64,000 bases of DNA from an uncultured bacterium (GTDB taxonomy: Bacteria; Patescibacteriota; Minisyncoccia; UBA6257; GWB1-50-10). The stretch is taken from contig CAIKKG010000014.1 in NCBI GenBank assembly GCA_903827975.1, positions 52,833-116,832 of the forward strand, in the 5' to 3' direction. Position 1 is the stretch's first letter. Every line of letters starts with the position of its first letter. Below the pieces are notes generated by a model. That model was not told the origin of the DNA and searched no databases. It worked only from the letters and a program-made list of their open reading frames with translations. A program made the translations under genes and the position numbers. This document shows, in pieces, positions 46,908 through 55,954 of the stretch.

Positions 46908-47954
46908 TTAATATGCAGTCGTAAGACACACGTGATGAGGGTAGTCAAAACTCTCCTGTCCCTTAATCCATCTATATGAGTCGAGCTCGCAAATAGAAAT
47001 CGGGCGAAGTCCTTCAGTTCCTCTACACGCATTGATGATTTTTAGTTCTTCCATTTGTGCGAATACCGTAGCGGCCCTCAACTCAGTTTCCATTCTTGAG
47101 CCCGCTTTAATTATGGAACGGTCCATAATTTTTTGCATAAGAGAATCTGAGTATATAAAAATTCCATCAGAATGATACCCACGAGGAATCTCATAATCAG
47201 GAATTGGCCCAAGATATTCAATATCTTCAATTAGCCTTTTGAACTTCTGAGTGGCTTTCTCGTGATAGATTTTTACGAATAGTTGCGCTCGTTTCATGAA
47301 ATGAAATTTGCGTACATTACCTTCACCATCTACAAGTGTCGCGTTATCTGCTCCAAAAGTATTTGGGAATTTATTTAGTAGAATATCTACAACACCATCA
47401 CTTCCGTTCTTGCCAAATGCACGATATTGTCCTTCTTCCAAAATATTCATTGGGTCGCCATCAAATTTTTCACTTACAACGATGGCGGCCTCTTCAAGTA
47501 GATCCCTGCGCTCACCAATCATTGGTAAATCATTGAATCCCTTGAAAAACTTTTTTGTTCTTCCAAGCGAAAAAACAATATTCAAAATATCATTTGCATA
47601 TACTGGTGACTCATGGAATGTGCGGAAAAAGCACGCCCCCATAGCGGCGGAACCAAACTTAACATTGTTCCCTGATTTTGCGGAAAATGTAAGCTCATAC
47701 TCTGTTCGAAACTGCCCAGGATGAGCAAAACAGAAATTTACGCACGAGCGCCAAAACTCCTGAGTTACGAATGCGAGAAAATCATGCGCATAAATAGCAT
47801 CGTCATTCCACTTCGGAATAGAAAATTTACGAAGTGCAACTTCAGATGCGGATGCAAAAAGCATTGCCTCGTCTACATATACATGCTGAGGAACTAATGC
47901 TGACCAACTTTCAAGCGTTTCCTGCGTACGCCAATTCATGTGTACCTCCTTCAA
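46908..47954 (-). CDS. QNG1/DUF2419-like protein (putative queuosine 5'-phosphate N-glycosylase/hydrolase, queuosine salvage)
   Basis: Recalled-from-memory similarity to human C9orf64/QNG1 blocks: FL..VTQEFWRS (FLVDTLNFSFW), KFDGDPMNIL (KFGGSFLNCV), FMKRAQLFV (FYKRAQILV), ELDSYRW (LLDYYLW), ..DYPHH.. C-terminus. Confidence 0.5.
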   Translation of the reverse strand: MKEVHMNWRTQETLESWSALVPQHVYVDEAMLFASASEVALRKFSIPKWNDDAIYAHDFLAFVTQEFWRSCVNFCFAHPGQFRTEYELTFSAKSGNNVKFGSAAMGACFFRTFHESPVYANDILNIVFSLGRTKKFFKGFNDLPMIGERRDLLEEAAIVVSEKFDGDPMNILEEGQYRAFGKNGSDGVVDILLNKFPNTFGADNATLVDGEGNVRKFHFMKRAQLFVKIYHEKATQKFKRLIEDIEYLGPIPDYEIPRGYHSDGIFIYSDSLMQKIMDRSIIKAGSRMETELRAATVFAQMEELKIINACRGTEGLRPISICELDSYRWIKGQESFDYPHHVCLTTAY

Positions 47955-47990
47955 GGTTTTAAAGAAACTGCGTATAAAATACAGAAAAAA

Positions 47991-48015
47991 CGTGATTATG
48001 TCAATTACGTTTTTA
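47991..48015 (-). terminator. Hairpin terminator after map
   Basis: acgtgattatgtcaattacgt with T-run on minus strand. Confidence 0.5.
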
Positions 48016-48021
48016 GATTTT

Positions 48022-48783
48022 TTATTTTGTTAAAACCTCGCATCCGCCTTCTGTTATTGCAATTGTATGTTCAAAATGAGCACTAAGACTTCTATCTTTT
48101 GTTTCATAGCTTCCATCACGAGATAAAACCGCATACTTCGATCCTACTGAGAACATTGGCTCGATTGCGAGCACAAGTCCAGGCACAAGTTTCATGCCCT
48201 CACCCCTATTCCCATAGTTAAAAACACTAGGATCCTCATGTAGTTCAAAGCCCACTCCATGCCCTGTAAGCCCCTGAATTACGCTAAAATTGGCCTTTTT
48301 AGCGGTGTTTTCGATAGCCCAGCCAATATCTCCCAAGTACCCACCAGGCACACATTCCTTGATTGATTTCTCTAGTGCGAGCTCTGTTGTCTTTATAAGC
48401 AGTTTTGCTTCGTCTGTGATTCTACCTATCCCGATTGTCATAGCTGCATCAGTTATTCTCCCCTTATAAGTTACACCGAGGTCAATCGAAAGAATATCAC
48501 CATTTTTTAAAACATACTTCCCTGGGATTCCGTGAACAATTGTTTCATTTACTGAGGCACAAAGAGCCGCTGGGTACGGCTTATTTGCGCCCTCTGGCGT
48601 GTAGCCCAAAAACGTGGGCTCACCACCAGCCTCACTTATAAGTTTTCGTGCAAGTTTATCAAGTGTTGAAAGTTGAATACCTTCTTTTGCAATTAATGCG
48701 ATTTCACTTAATGTGTTTGCTAAAATTTTCCCCGAGACCCGCATTAGTTTTATGTCGGCCTCAGTTTTTAAACGTATCTTCAT
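48022..48783 (-). CDS. map: Methionine aminopeptidase type I
   Basis: Pita-bread fold with metal ligands (D..D..H..E..E pattern: ..SIDLGV.., ..HG.G...HE..). Confidence 0.95.
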   Translation of the reverse strand: MKIRLKTEADIKLMRVSGKILANTLSEIALIAKEGIQLSTLDKLARKLISEAGGEPTFLGYTPEGANKPYPAALCASVNETIVHGIPGKYVLKNGDILSIDLGVTYKGRITDAAMTIGIGRITDEAKLLIKTTELALEKSIKECVPGGYLGDIGWAIENTAKKANFSVIQGLTGHGVGFELHEDPSVFNYGNRGEGMKLVPGLVLAIEPMFSVGSKYAVLSRDGSYETKDRSLSAHFEHTIAITEGGCEVLTK

Positions 48784-48787
48784 CTTA

Positions 48788-49468
48788 TTATCCGAGCTTC
48801 AATGCTTTAATGATTTTTTCTGAAACTTTATATGGCAACGATTCTCCGTCCAATTTTTTAATTGTGAATCCTTTCTTTTTCATTTCTGAAACAATTGGGT
48901 ATGTTCTCTCTCTATATTCCTTTAGGCGAACCTTAATCACCTCAGGATTATCTAATGAGCGCGTTCTCATAGTGCCGGCACATAGCGCACAATGTGGAAG
49001 TTTTGCACTTTCCAATTTAGGAAGTCCGCACTGTGAGCAGACTACTCGATGACTGTTTCTTTTTATCGAGGTTGAGTCTTCGACATTAAGTAAAACAACA
49101 GAAATATTTTCCTTGCCAAATGATTTAATAAGAGACTCGGTTAGGCCCTTCGTCTTGCCTCCGCCGAATGCCTCAAACATTGTTCTTGGGGAACCACTAA
49201 AAACTAAATTATATCCTGCTTTCGCGATTCTTTCAGACTCTTCTCTAGTAATTTTTAAAACCCACTCTGGTGAGCATAATATTCCTGAATCAAAATTTGC
49301 TTTTTCTCTTTTTAAAATTGGATCTGTTTTTGCCTTTGGCGAACGAAAAAGACTCTCAAGATATCGCCCCGTATCGAGATGTATAAAATTAAATTTTCTC
49401 GCTAACAAATCCGCCTGCGTACCCTTCCCAGAACCCGGAGGTCCATAAATAATTACAGCTTTTGACAT
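48788..49468 (-). CDS. adk: Adenylate kinase (long form with zinc-binding LID: CSQCG...CALCAG)
   Basis: GPPGSGKGTQ P-loop, LID domain with four Cys. Confidence 0.9.
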   Translation of the reverse strand: MSKAVIIYGPPGSGKGTQADLLARKFNFIHLDTGRYLESLFRSPKAKTDPILKREKANFDSGILCSPEWVLKITREESERIAKAGYNLVFSGSPRTMFEAFGGGKTKGLTESLIKSFGKENISVVLLNVEDSTSIKRNSHRVVCSQCGLPKLESAKLPHCALCAGTMRTRSLDNPEVIKVRLKEYRERTYPIVSEMKKKGFTIKKLDGESLPYKVSEKIIKALKLG

Positions 49469-49521
49469 ATATTTTATTATACATTTCGATTTTAAAAATC
49501 GCTAATTTAAAAAAATAAAAA

Positions 49522-49540
49522 CCCCCGCTTATGGCGGGGG
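49522..49540 (-). terminator. Rho-independent terminator for the GC-rich gene 49546..50067
   Basis: cccccgcttatggcggggg followed on minus strand by TTTTTATTTTTTT. Confidence 0.75.
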
Positions 49541-49545
49541 TATAC

Positions 49546-50067
49546 TTAGAACGAGACCATGATTATCGTTCCGGGCGTCCAATACCCGGAGTGGACATTG
49601 AGGGCCCAGGTGCCATCAATGCACCTGCCGGCAGCCAAAATGCTCTCCTTCTTCTCATCTCCAGATTGGAGGGAGACTAGCGTCTTGCAACTCGGCATCA
49701 CATTACTGCAATACCGGATTGCGATTGCGAGCCCTTGTGGCCCGAGAAGCGTTGGCCGGCCAGGAAGGCCAGCCACGAACTTCATGATTTCCTGCGTTGT
49801 AGCATGTTTCGTTGCGTAGAAAAAGGCAAGGCGCCTTTTCCCGGGCAGAGGGTGGATATTCCCAGCCTCTAATGACTCGAAGGTGCGTTCGAAGAGGTGG
49901 ATACTGACCTTCCCACCACGACGAAGGTAATCGAAGTGGTTCACCACGGATGTGGGTACCCTCACCATGCTCTCGGTGAGGAAGGGAAACGGCTCCTGAC
50001 CCTGCATTAGGTCACGGATCCGCCCTTGGAATGCCCGATAGGGCTTCGTCGTATTCTGATTCAGCAT
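49546..50067 (-). CDS. Hypothetical protein, GC-rich islet (~55-57% GC), paralog of 46307..46873
   Basis: 173 aa; AAGGAG SD 5 nt upstream of ATG; inserted between secY and adk; no recognised domain. Confidence 0.55.
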   Translation of the reverse strand: MLNQNTTKPYRAFQGRIRDLMQGQEPFPFLTESMVRVPTSVVNHFDYLRRGGKVSIHLFERTFESLEAGNIHPLPGKRRLAFFYATKHATTQEIMKFVAGLPGRPTLLGPQGLAIAIRYCSNVMPSCKTLVSLQSGDEKKESILAAGRCIDGTWALNVHSGYWTPGTIIMVSF

Positions 50068-50159
50068 GTTAACTCCTTTGCGGACAGTGCCGCGGTTAAG
50101 TTGCTGGAATTATTGTGTCATAGAATAGACATAATGTCAATCATAATGCATAAAAATAA

Positions 50160-50185
50160 AAGGGGCGGGCAATCTGCCCACCCCA
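50160..50185 (-). terminator. Hairpin terminator for the 83-aa membrane ORF
   Basis: ggggcgggcaatctgcccacccc, T-run on minus strand. Confidence 0.55.
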
Positions 50186-50186
50186 C

Positions 50187-50438
50187 TTACCTACCAAGTA
50201 TTAAATAAAGCATTCCGAGTATTGCTAAGGCCCCAGTAATAAGAGGGTACTTTGCGAGTGTTTCCGCTAAGTACCCTCCCAACCACCTAAGGAACGAAGT
50301 GAGGAGTCCCCTCACCTTACTCCCAAGCAGACCAAGAACCTTCTTTGCAGAAGGCCCACCCCACAGATAAAATGGGGCAACCAGGATGGCCATTAGTATG
50401 GCCATCATTAGAACTATACTATTAAGCTCCTTCATCAT
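50187..50438 (-). CDS. Small hypothetical membrane protein (83 aa), part of the secY-adk insertion
   Basis: Two to three TM helices, elevated GC (~47%). Confidence 0.4.
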   Translation of the reverse strand: MMKELNSIVLMMAILMAILVAPFYLWGGPSAKKVLGLLGSKVRGLLTSFLRWLGGYLAETLAKYPLITGALAILGMLYLILGR

Positions 50439-50514
50439 AGCCCCTTATGCGGAAGTATCCGCTCAAATTTCTATAAATAGATTAGCATTTAACACTTACT
50501 TTGTCAATAAAAAA

Positions 50515-50532
50515 CCCCTGCGAAAGCAGGGG
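50515..50532 (-). terminator. Rho-independent terminator after secY
   Basis: cccctgcgaaagcagggg with T-run on the minus strand. Confidence 0.75.
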
Positions 50533-50546
50533 TTTTATCTTACTTA

Positions 50547-51818
50547 TTAGAATATTCCTTCGTACTCTCGAATTGTGAGTTGTGACTCAATCTGCTTCAT
50601 AGATTCGAGTGCAACTGCAACAACGATTAGTAATGCTGTACCACCAACCTTCAACGACTGAATACCTGTAAAGAATTGTGTGATGTTTGGCAAGATTGCA
50701 ATCACACCGAGGAATAATGCTCCGAACAATGTGGTTCGATGCACTGTCTTTGCAATAACCTCTGCGGTTGCTTCACCAGGACGAATTCCAGGAATAAATC
50801 CACCACTCTGCTGAAGATTCTTTGAGATTTCCTTTGGATCAAAAGTGATAGCTGTGTAGAAATATGTGAATAGCACAACCAAGAAGAAATAAAGTGAACC
50901 ATAGATAAGCTGATTGTTGAATACCTTGGTCACAAAACTATTAAGCTTCAATGACAAATCAGGAGAGAAGATGGAGATTGATTGCGCTATAAACTGAGGG
51001 AATAGAAGAATTGAGATTGCGAAGATTATCGGAATAACTCCAGCCTGGTTAACCTTAAGTGGAAGGTACGAGGATGCTCCACCGTATACCTTTGAACCAC
51101 GAACCTGCTTTGCATATGAAACTGGAATCTTGCGCTCTCCCTCATTGACGAAAACAACGCCACCAATAACCACGAGACTAAGAATTGCAAAAATCAAATA
51201 TGTTGGAAGAACTCCTGGTGTGTAGTTTATGAACGCGGATGAGATTGCCTGAGGTAGTGCACTTACTATTCCTGCGAAAATGAGAAGTGAGATTCCGTTT
51301 CCAATCTTATATTCTGAAAGAATCTCTCCAATCCACATTAGCAATAGTGAACCAGCTGTAATAATTAAGACGTCTGTTATAAGTGAGAAAAAATTAAGTC
51401 TTGGAATAACACCCTGAGACATTAGAAGATTCAAAAATCCATAACCTTGTAATGCTGCAAGTGGGACCGTTATTAGGCGTGAGATTCTATTAAACTTCGC
51501 CTGTCCGGCTGCACCCTCTTCGTAGTATGCCTTCTTAAGATTCGGGAAAATAATGGTCAATAACTGCATAATGATTGTTGCAGTAATGTAAGGACCAACA
51601 CCAAGCATCATAATTGAGAGATGGGAAAGACCACCTCCTGAAAAAATGTTTAAAAATCCAAATAGCTGATTTGATTCGAAAAATGCCTGCAAGCGTGATG
51701 CGTCAATTCCAGGAATAGGAATAGATGCGAAAAGGCGGAAAACAAAAAGCCAAAAAAGCACCATAAGTACTTTTTTGCGAAGGTCCGGGGATTTAAATAC
51801 GAGTAGCAGTTTATTCAT
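50547..51818 (-). CDS. secY: Preprotein translocase subunit SecY
   Basis: 10-TM SecY with conserved ...GGVSHLSIMMLGVGPYITA... region. Confidence 0.95.
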   Translation of the reverse strand: MNKLLLVFKSPDLRKKVLMVLFWLFVFRLFASIPIPGIDASRLQAFFESNQLFGFLNIFSGGGLSHLSIMMLGVGPYITATIIMQLLTIIFPNLKKAYYEEGAAGQAKFNRISRLITVPLAALQGYGFLNLLMSQGVIPRLNFFSLITDVLIITAGSLLLMWIGEILSEYKIGNGISLLIFAGIVSALPQAISSAFINYTPGVLPTYLIFAILSLVVIGGVVFVNEGERKIPVSYAKQVRGSKVYGGASSYLPLKVNQAGVIPIIFAISILLFPQFIAQSISIFSPDLSLKLNSFVTKVFNNQLIYGSLYFFLVVLFTYFYTAITFDPKEISKNLQQSGGFIPGIRPGEATAEVIAKTVHRTTLFGALFLGVIAILPNITQFFTGIQSLKVGGTALLIVVAVALESMKQIESQLTIREYEGIF

Positions 51819-51833
51819 TTGAAATCGAATTGC

Positions 51834-52256
51834 TTACTTAACTGTTCCGCCGGCTTTCTCTATTTTTGCTTTTGCTCCAGCAGAAATCTCTACGCCGTCA
51901 ATTGTTATAGGTTTTTTTATCTCTCCTCCGCTTAAAATCTTTACGCGAATGTGAGTTCCTTTCGTCAATCCCTTCTCGGCAATTATGCTCTTTGAAACGA
52001 TTCCGTCAGGAAATACTTTTGTGAGTTCACCAACATTAAATATTAGTGCAACCTCTCTCTTTGGCTTATTTTTGACACCGCGCAACTTTGGAATGCGCAT
52101 CAAAAGATCGCGCTCTGCAGGGCGAATTCTGTGACCAGCACGTGACTTCTGTCCTTTTTGTCCGTGTCCTGATGTCGTTCCACGCTTGCCACCACGGCCT
52201 ACGCGCTTCTGACTCTTCCTTATTGCATTTTTCGGTTTTAATTCGTTAAGCTGCAT
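51834..52256 (-). CDS. rplO: 50S ribosomal protein L15
   Basis: KRVGRGGKRGTTSGHGQKGQKSR... L15 N-terminus. Confidence 0.9.
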   Translation of the reverse strand: MQLNELKPKNAIRKSQKRVGRGGKRGTTSGHGQKGQKSRAGHRIRPAERDLLMRIPKLRGVKNKPKREVALIFNVGELTKVFPDGIVSKSIIAEKGLTKGTHIRVKILSGGEIKKPITIDGVEISAGAKAKIEKAGGTVK

Positions 52257-52268
52257 ATTATTTAAACT

Positions 52269-52778
52269 TTATTTAATCGGCTCTATCGACTTCAATGCTT
52301 CTATTCCTGCCTGTGCATTCGCAATTTTATTTTTTGTTGTTCCAAGGATTTTTGCAGAAACATCTTTTATTCCTGCGAGTTCCAAGACAACGCGAAGTGA
52401 GCCTCCCGCAATAAGACCGTGTCCCTTTTTAGCAGGCTTTATACGAACTCTTGCTGCATCAAACTTAGCCTCAACCTCATAAGGAACTGTGCGGCCGTCC
52501 TTAAGATTCACGCGAACCACACTTTTTTCTGCCTGACGAGTCGCCTTCTGTACTGCTGCTGAGAAATCTAATCCTTTTGCAGTACCGATGCCGATGCGTC
52601 CCTTCATATCACCCACCACGACTGCTGCGCGGAAGCTAAAGCGCTTTCCTCCTGCAACAACACGAGTTACGCGACGAACTTCGAGAACGCGCTCCTTAAA
52701 CTCAGAAACCCTCTTAGGCATCATACGCCTCGGACCTCTTGGCGAATTTTGATTATTTTTTGAATTAGGGTTGAACAT
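52269..52778 (-). CDS. rpsE: 30S ribosomal protein S5
   Basis: ...RVTRVVAGGKRFSFRAAVVVGDMKGRIGIGTAKG... S5 dsRBD + C-terminal domain. Confidence 0.9.
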   Translation of the reverse strand: MFNPNSKNNQNSPRGPRRMMPKRVSEFKERVLEVRRVTRVVAGGKRFSFRAAVVVGDMKGRIGIGTAKGLDFSAAVQKATRQAEKSVVRVNLKDGRTVPYEVEAKFDAARVRIKPAKKGHGLIAGGSLRVVLELAGIKDVSAKILGTTKNKIANAQAGIEALKSIEPIK

Positions 52779-52780
52779 AA

Positions 52781-53134
52781 TTATATATTGATTCCCTCGT
52801 TTCTTGCGGCCTCAACAAGTGCCTTTACGCGACCGTGATATCTGTATGAACCGCGATCAAATACGGCTGATGTTACTCCAGCTGCTTTTGCGCGTTCTGC
52901 AATTGTCTTTCCGACAAAGGCTGAACCCGTAAGTTTAGGCTCCTTCTTCTTCATTTCTTTTGAGGTTGCTGAAGCTAATGTCTTTCCTGCAACATCATCA
53001 ATGAGCTGAGCAAGCATATATTTATTGCTGCGAAATACTGAAAGACGAGGTCGCTCTGCGGTGCCACGAATACGCGCACGTGTTCGTATCGCTCTTCGCT
53101 CTCTCTTTTCAATTAATTTCTTTCTGTCGTTCAT
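52781..53134 (-). CDS. rplR: 50S ribosomal protein L18
   Basis: ..[24 protein letters not shown].. L18 core. Confidence 0.9.
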   Translation of the reverse strand: MNDRKKLIEKRERRAIRTRARIRGTAERPRLSVFRSNKYMLAQLIDDVAGKTLASATSKEMKKKEPKLTGSAFVGKTIAERAKAAGVTSAVFDRGSYRYHGRVKALVEAARNEGINI

Positions 53135-53146
53135 ATTATTTTACGA

Positions 53147-53689
53147 TTATTTTGCAGCTGCTTTCTTACCCGCTTTGCGCTTAATTATTTCGCCTTGATA
53201 TCTGAAACCTTTTCCTTTGTATGGCTCTGGCTTCTTCAAAGCGCGAATCTCTGCAGCAACCTGCCCTACAAGTGCTTTGTCAAAACCTGCAATTTTTAAA
53301 ATGGTGTTTTTCTCAACTGTAAATTCAATATTCTCAGGAGCCTTATACTTAACCGGGTGGGAAAAGCCAAGACTTAGATTTAAATCGTTTCCATCCTTAG
53401 CAATCTTATATCCGACACCTTCAACAATTAAAGTTTTTTCGTAACCCTTTACGAGTCCTTCTATTGCATTCTGGATCAATGAGCGGAGTGTTCCCCAGTT
53501 GCTACGAATCTGCTTTGCAGTACTATCCGCAGTTAATGTGAGCTCATTGTTTTCAATTTTAACGTTAATTCCGCGCAATTTTTCAATTACAAGCTCTCGC
53601 TTTGCGTCTTTGACAACCACGCGCTTAGGTTCAACCGTTACGGTGATGCCTGCTGGAATTTCTATAAGTTTTTTTCCTACTTTCGACAT
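53147..53689 (-). CDS. rplF: 50S ribosomal protein L6
   Basis: MSKVGKKLIEIPAGITVTV... two L6 alpha/beta domains. Confidence 0.9.
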   Translation of the reverse strand: MSKVGKKLIEIPAGITVTVEPKRVVVKDAKRELVIEKLRGINVKIENNELTLTADSTAKQIRSNWGTLRSLIQNAIEGLVKGYEKTLIVEGVGYKIAKDGNDLNLSLGFSHPVKYKAPENIEFTVEKNTILKIAGFDKALVGQVAAEIRALKKPEPYKGKGFRYQGEIIKRKAGKKAAAK

Positions 53690-53702
53690 ATGTATTAAAT
53701 AA

Positions 53703-54074
53703 TTACCAGACTTGGAATAAGAGTTGACCTCCTACTTTTTCTTTTTTTGCCTCATCGCCAGACATAACACCTTTCGAGGTTGATACCACGAGAAGTCCAT
53801 GTCCACTTTTTACACGCCTAAATTCATCATAACCACCATATCTTCGTAGTGAAGGCTTGCTCAAAAATTTGATTCCTTTAATTGGGTGCTTTTCGTTGAG
53901 CTCCAACTCAATCACCTTTTTATAGGACTTACCTTTTACATCAAAACTTTTCACAAAACCATATCGTGTAAGAATCTCAGTTACTGCGTTGTCCATCTTA
54001 GTGTATCTCGTCTTAAGAGTATACTTTTCAGCGGCCTCAGCGTTTTTAATTTTTATCAAAAGGTCTATGTACAT
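53703..54074 (-). CDS. rpsH: 30S ribosomal protein S8
   Basis: ...DLLIKIKNAEAA... S8 signature. Confidence 0.9.
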   Translation of the reverse strand: MYIDLLIKIKNAEAAEKYTLKTRYTKMDNAVTEILTRYGFVKSFDVKGKSYKKVIELELNEKHPIKGIKFLSKPSLRRYGGYDEFRRVKSGHGLLVVSTSKGVMSGDEAKKEKVGGQLLFQVW

Positions 54075-54075
54075 A

Positions 54076-54261
54076 TTACCAAGATGATTTTTTTACCCCA
54101 GGGATCTCTCCACGACTTGCAAATTCTCTGAAGCAGATTCTGCACAAGTTGAAATCGTTCATATATCCGCGCTTTCTTCCGCAACGGAAACAACGCTTCA
54201 CGATTCGTGTGGAATACTTCGGTGTCTTTTTAGCTCTTGCGATTACAGATGTTTTTGCCAT
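54076..54261 (-). CDS. rpsZ: 30S ribosomal protein S14 type Z (zinc-binding)
   Basis: 61 aa, CFRCGRKRG...LCRIC. Confidence 0.9.
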   Translation of the reverse strand: MAKTSVIARAKKTPKYSTRIVKRCFRCGRKRGYMNDFNLCRICFREFASRGEIPGVKKSSW

Positions 54262-54263
54262 GC

Positions 54264-54776
54264 TTACTTTTCAGAGTTTTTTAATGGTACCCCAAGCGAC
54301 CTATATAAAGCAATTGCTGCTTCACGATCTTTCTCCTTCGGAACAACGGTCACCTGTATTCCAAATGACACGCGTGATTTTTCAGGATTGATTTCAGGAA
54401 ACACCGTCTGCTCACGGAAACCGAAGTTCAAATTACCGTCATGATCAACATTTGAAATTTCAAGTCCGCGGAAATCTTTTACGCGAGGTAATACAACATT
54501 TACAACTTTTGATAAAAAGTCATTCATACGTTGCTTTCTTAGCGTTACTTGTAGTCCAACAACCTCACCTTCACGAATCTTAAATGTTGAGATTGATTTT
54601 TTTGCTTTACGCTCAGCTGGCTTCTGTCCGGTTATTATAGAAAGTTCCTTCTCAATTTCAGGTAATATCTTATCGTCAAACTGTGCCTGATTGCGAAGTT
54701 TACCCACGCCGGAGTTTACGACGAGTTTTGCAAGTACTGTTTGAGTATGTTTATTTGTTTTCGTTTCCTTTTTCAT
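54264..54776 (-). CDS. rplE: 50S ribosomal protein L5
   Basis: L5 family, 170 aa, conserved position between L24 and S14. Confidence 0.9.
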   Translation of the reverse strand: MKKETKTNKHTQTVLAKLVVNSGVGKLRNQAQFDDKILPEIEKELSIITGQKPAERKAKKSISTFKIREGEVVGLQVTLRKQRMNDFLSKVVNVVLPRVKDFRGLEISNVDHDGNLNFGFREQTVFPEINPEKSRVSFGIQVTVVPKEKDREAAIALYRSLGVPLKNSEK

Positions 54777-54779
54777 ATT

Positions 54780-55085
54780 CTAAATAGCTCCTTTGCACTT
54801 AGCGCAATATCGCACCTTTTTATCAACATCCATACGAAATCCGATACGTGTCTGCTTGTTACAGCTAGGACAAACTATCGCAACATTTGAAATATCCATA
54901 GGCCTTGCTATTGATATGATTTCTCCTTTCTGTCCCTGCTTTTTTGGCTTTACGTGCTTCTTGTATAAATTTAAGCCTTCGAGTGACACCTTGCTCGTTT
55001 TTGAATCAGCATTAACAACCTTGCCGCTTTTTCCGCGGTCCTTTCCTGTCAAAATTTTAACTGTGTCGCCTTTTTTTATGTTCAT
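54780..55085 (-). CDS. rplX: 50S ribosomal protein L24 with C-terminal C4 zinc-ribbon extension
   Basis: KOW motif IKKGDTVKILTGKDRGKSGKV; extra CPSC...CAKC tail. Confidence 0.85.
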   Translation of the reverse strand: MNIKKGDTVKILTGKDRGKSGKVVNADSKTSKVSLEGLNLYKKHVKPKKQGQKGEIISIARPMDISNVAIVCPSCNKQTRIGFRMDVDKKVRYCAKCKGAI

Positions 55086-55103
55086 ACTCGAATTCTTGAA
55101 TTT

Positions 55104-55469
55104 TTACACTAGCTCTTCTGCAAGTGATGCTATTGTTGTATATCCCTTCTCTTTAATTTCGCGTGGGATTGGACCGAAGATACGAGTACCTTTTGGCTCT
55201 CCCTTATCAATGATTACAACTGCATTATCGTCAAAACGAATCCTTGAGCCGTCTGCGCGCTTTATAGGTGCTCGCTGGCGAACTACAAGTGCTCTTACGA
55301 CATCCTTTTTCTTTACCTGTTTTCTTGGTTCTGCCTTCTGAACAGATGCAACGATTATCTGACCTACTGTTGCATAACGCTTACGGCTTCCGCCGAGAAC
55401 ACGAAAACAACGCACGGTCTTTGCACCACTGTTATCAGCCACTTTTAGTATGGATCGTTCTTGAATCAT
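55104..55469 (-). CDS. rplN: 50S ribosomal protein L14
   Basis: [17 protein letters not shown]... L14. Confidence 0.9.
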   Translation of the reverse strand: MIQERSILKVADNSGAKTVRCFRVLGGSRKRYATVGQIIVASVQKAEPRKQVKKKDVVRALVVRQRAPIKRADGSRIRFDDNAVVIIDKGEPKGTRIFGPIPREIKEKGYTTIASLAEELV

Positions 55470-55505
55470 AGTTGTTATCTACCGAAATTAGTGTCTCAAT
55501 AGTAT

Positions 55506-55733
55506 CTACGCTTTTCCGACAATTGTCCAGCGTTTTTCGCGCGACATTGGGCGAACTTCCTGAATTATTACCTTATCTCCGGCCTTGTACTCGTTTTTCT
55601 CATCGTGCGCTTTAAATCTATCCGTTACTGCATAATATTTATCGTATCTCGGATGTTTTTTCATGCGATCGACTGCGACAACACGAGTCTTTGTCATTTT
55701 GTCTGAAACAATTGTACCTTGAAGTTTTCTCAT
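55506..55733 (-). CDS. rpsQ: 30S ribosomal protein S17
   Basis: ...GTIVSDKMTKTRVV... S17 OB-fold. Confidence 0.9.
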   Translation of the reverse strand: MRKLQGTIVSDKMTKTRVVAVDRMKKHPRYDKYYAVTDRFKAHDEKNEYKAGDKVIIQEVRPMSREKRWTIVGKA

Positions 55734-55734
55734 G

Positions 55735-55953
55735 TTATTTGTTATTCTCCACCTCGATCTTTGACCTTTCAGCTAAAACAGTGAGAAGTTGAGCAATGCT
55801 CGTCTTCACATTCTTTATTTCACGGATATTTTTAACCTTACCAGCTGCTAAATCAAATTTAAGATTAACGCGTTTAATGCGAAGTTCATTGAGTTCTTTC
55901 TCAATCTCTGAGACCGCTTTATTTTTCATTAATTTAAATTCGTTCTTCTTCAT
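55735..55953 (-). CDS. rpmC: 50S ribosomal protein L29
   Basis: 72 aa helical, L29 position and motif (..ELNELR..). Confidence 0.85.
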   Translation of the reverse strand: MKKNEFKLMKNKAVSEIEKELNELRIKRVNLKFDLAAGKVKNIREIKNVKTSIAQLLTVLAERSKIEVENNK

Positions 55954-55954
55954 A

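Noticed and set aside
46355-47032. 225-aa minus ORF overlapping GC-rich gene B and the terminator
   Set aside because: Runs through a strong bidirectional terminator and is antisense to a gene with a clear SD/start; GC-rich DNA gives long spurious ORFs.
54793-55341. 182-aa + ORF across rplX/rplN
   Set aside because: Antisense to two ribosomal-protein genes.
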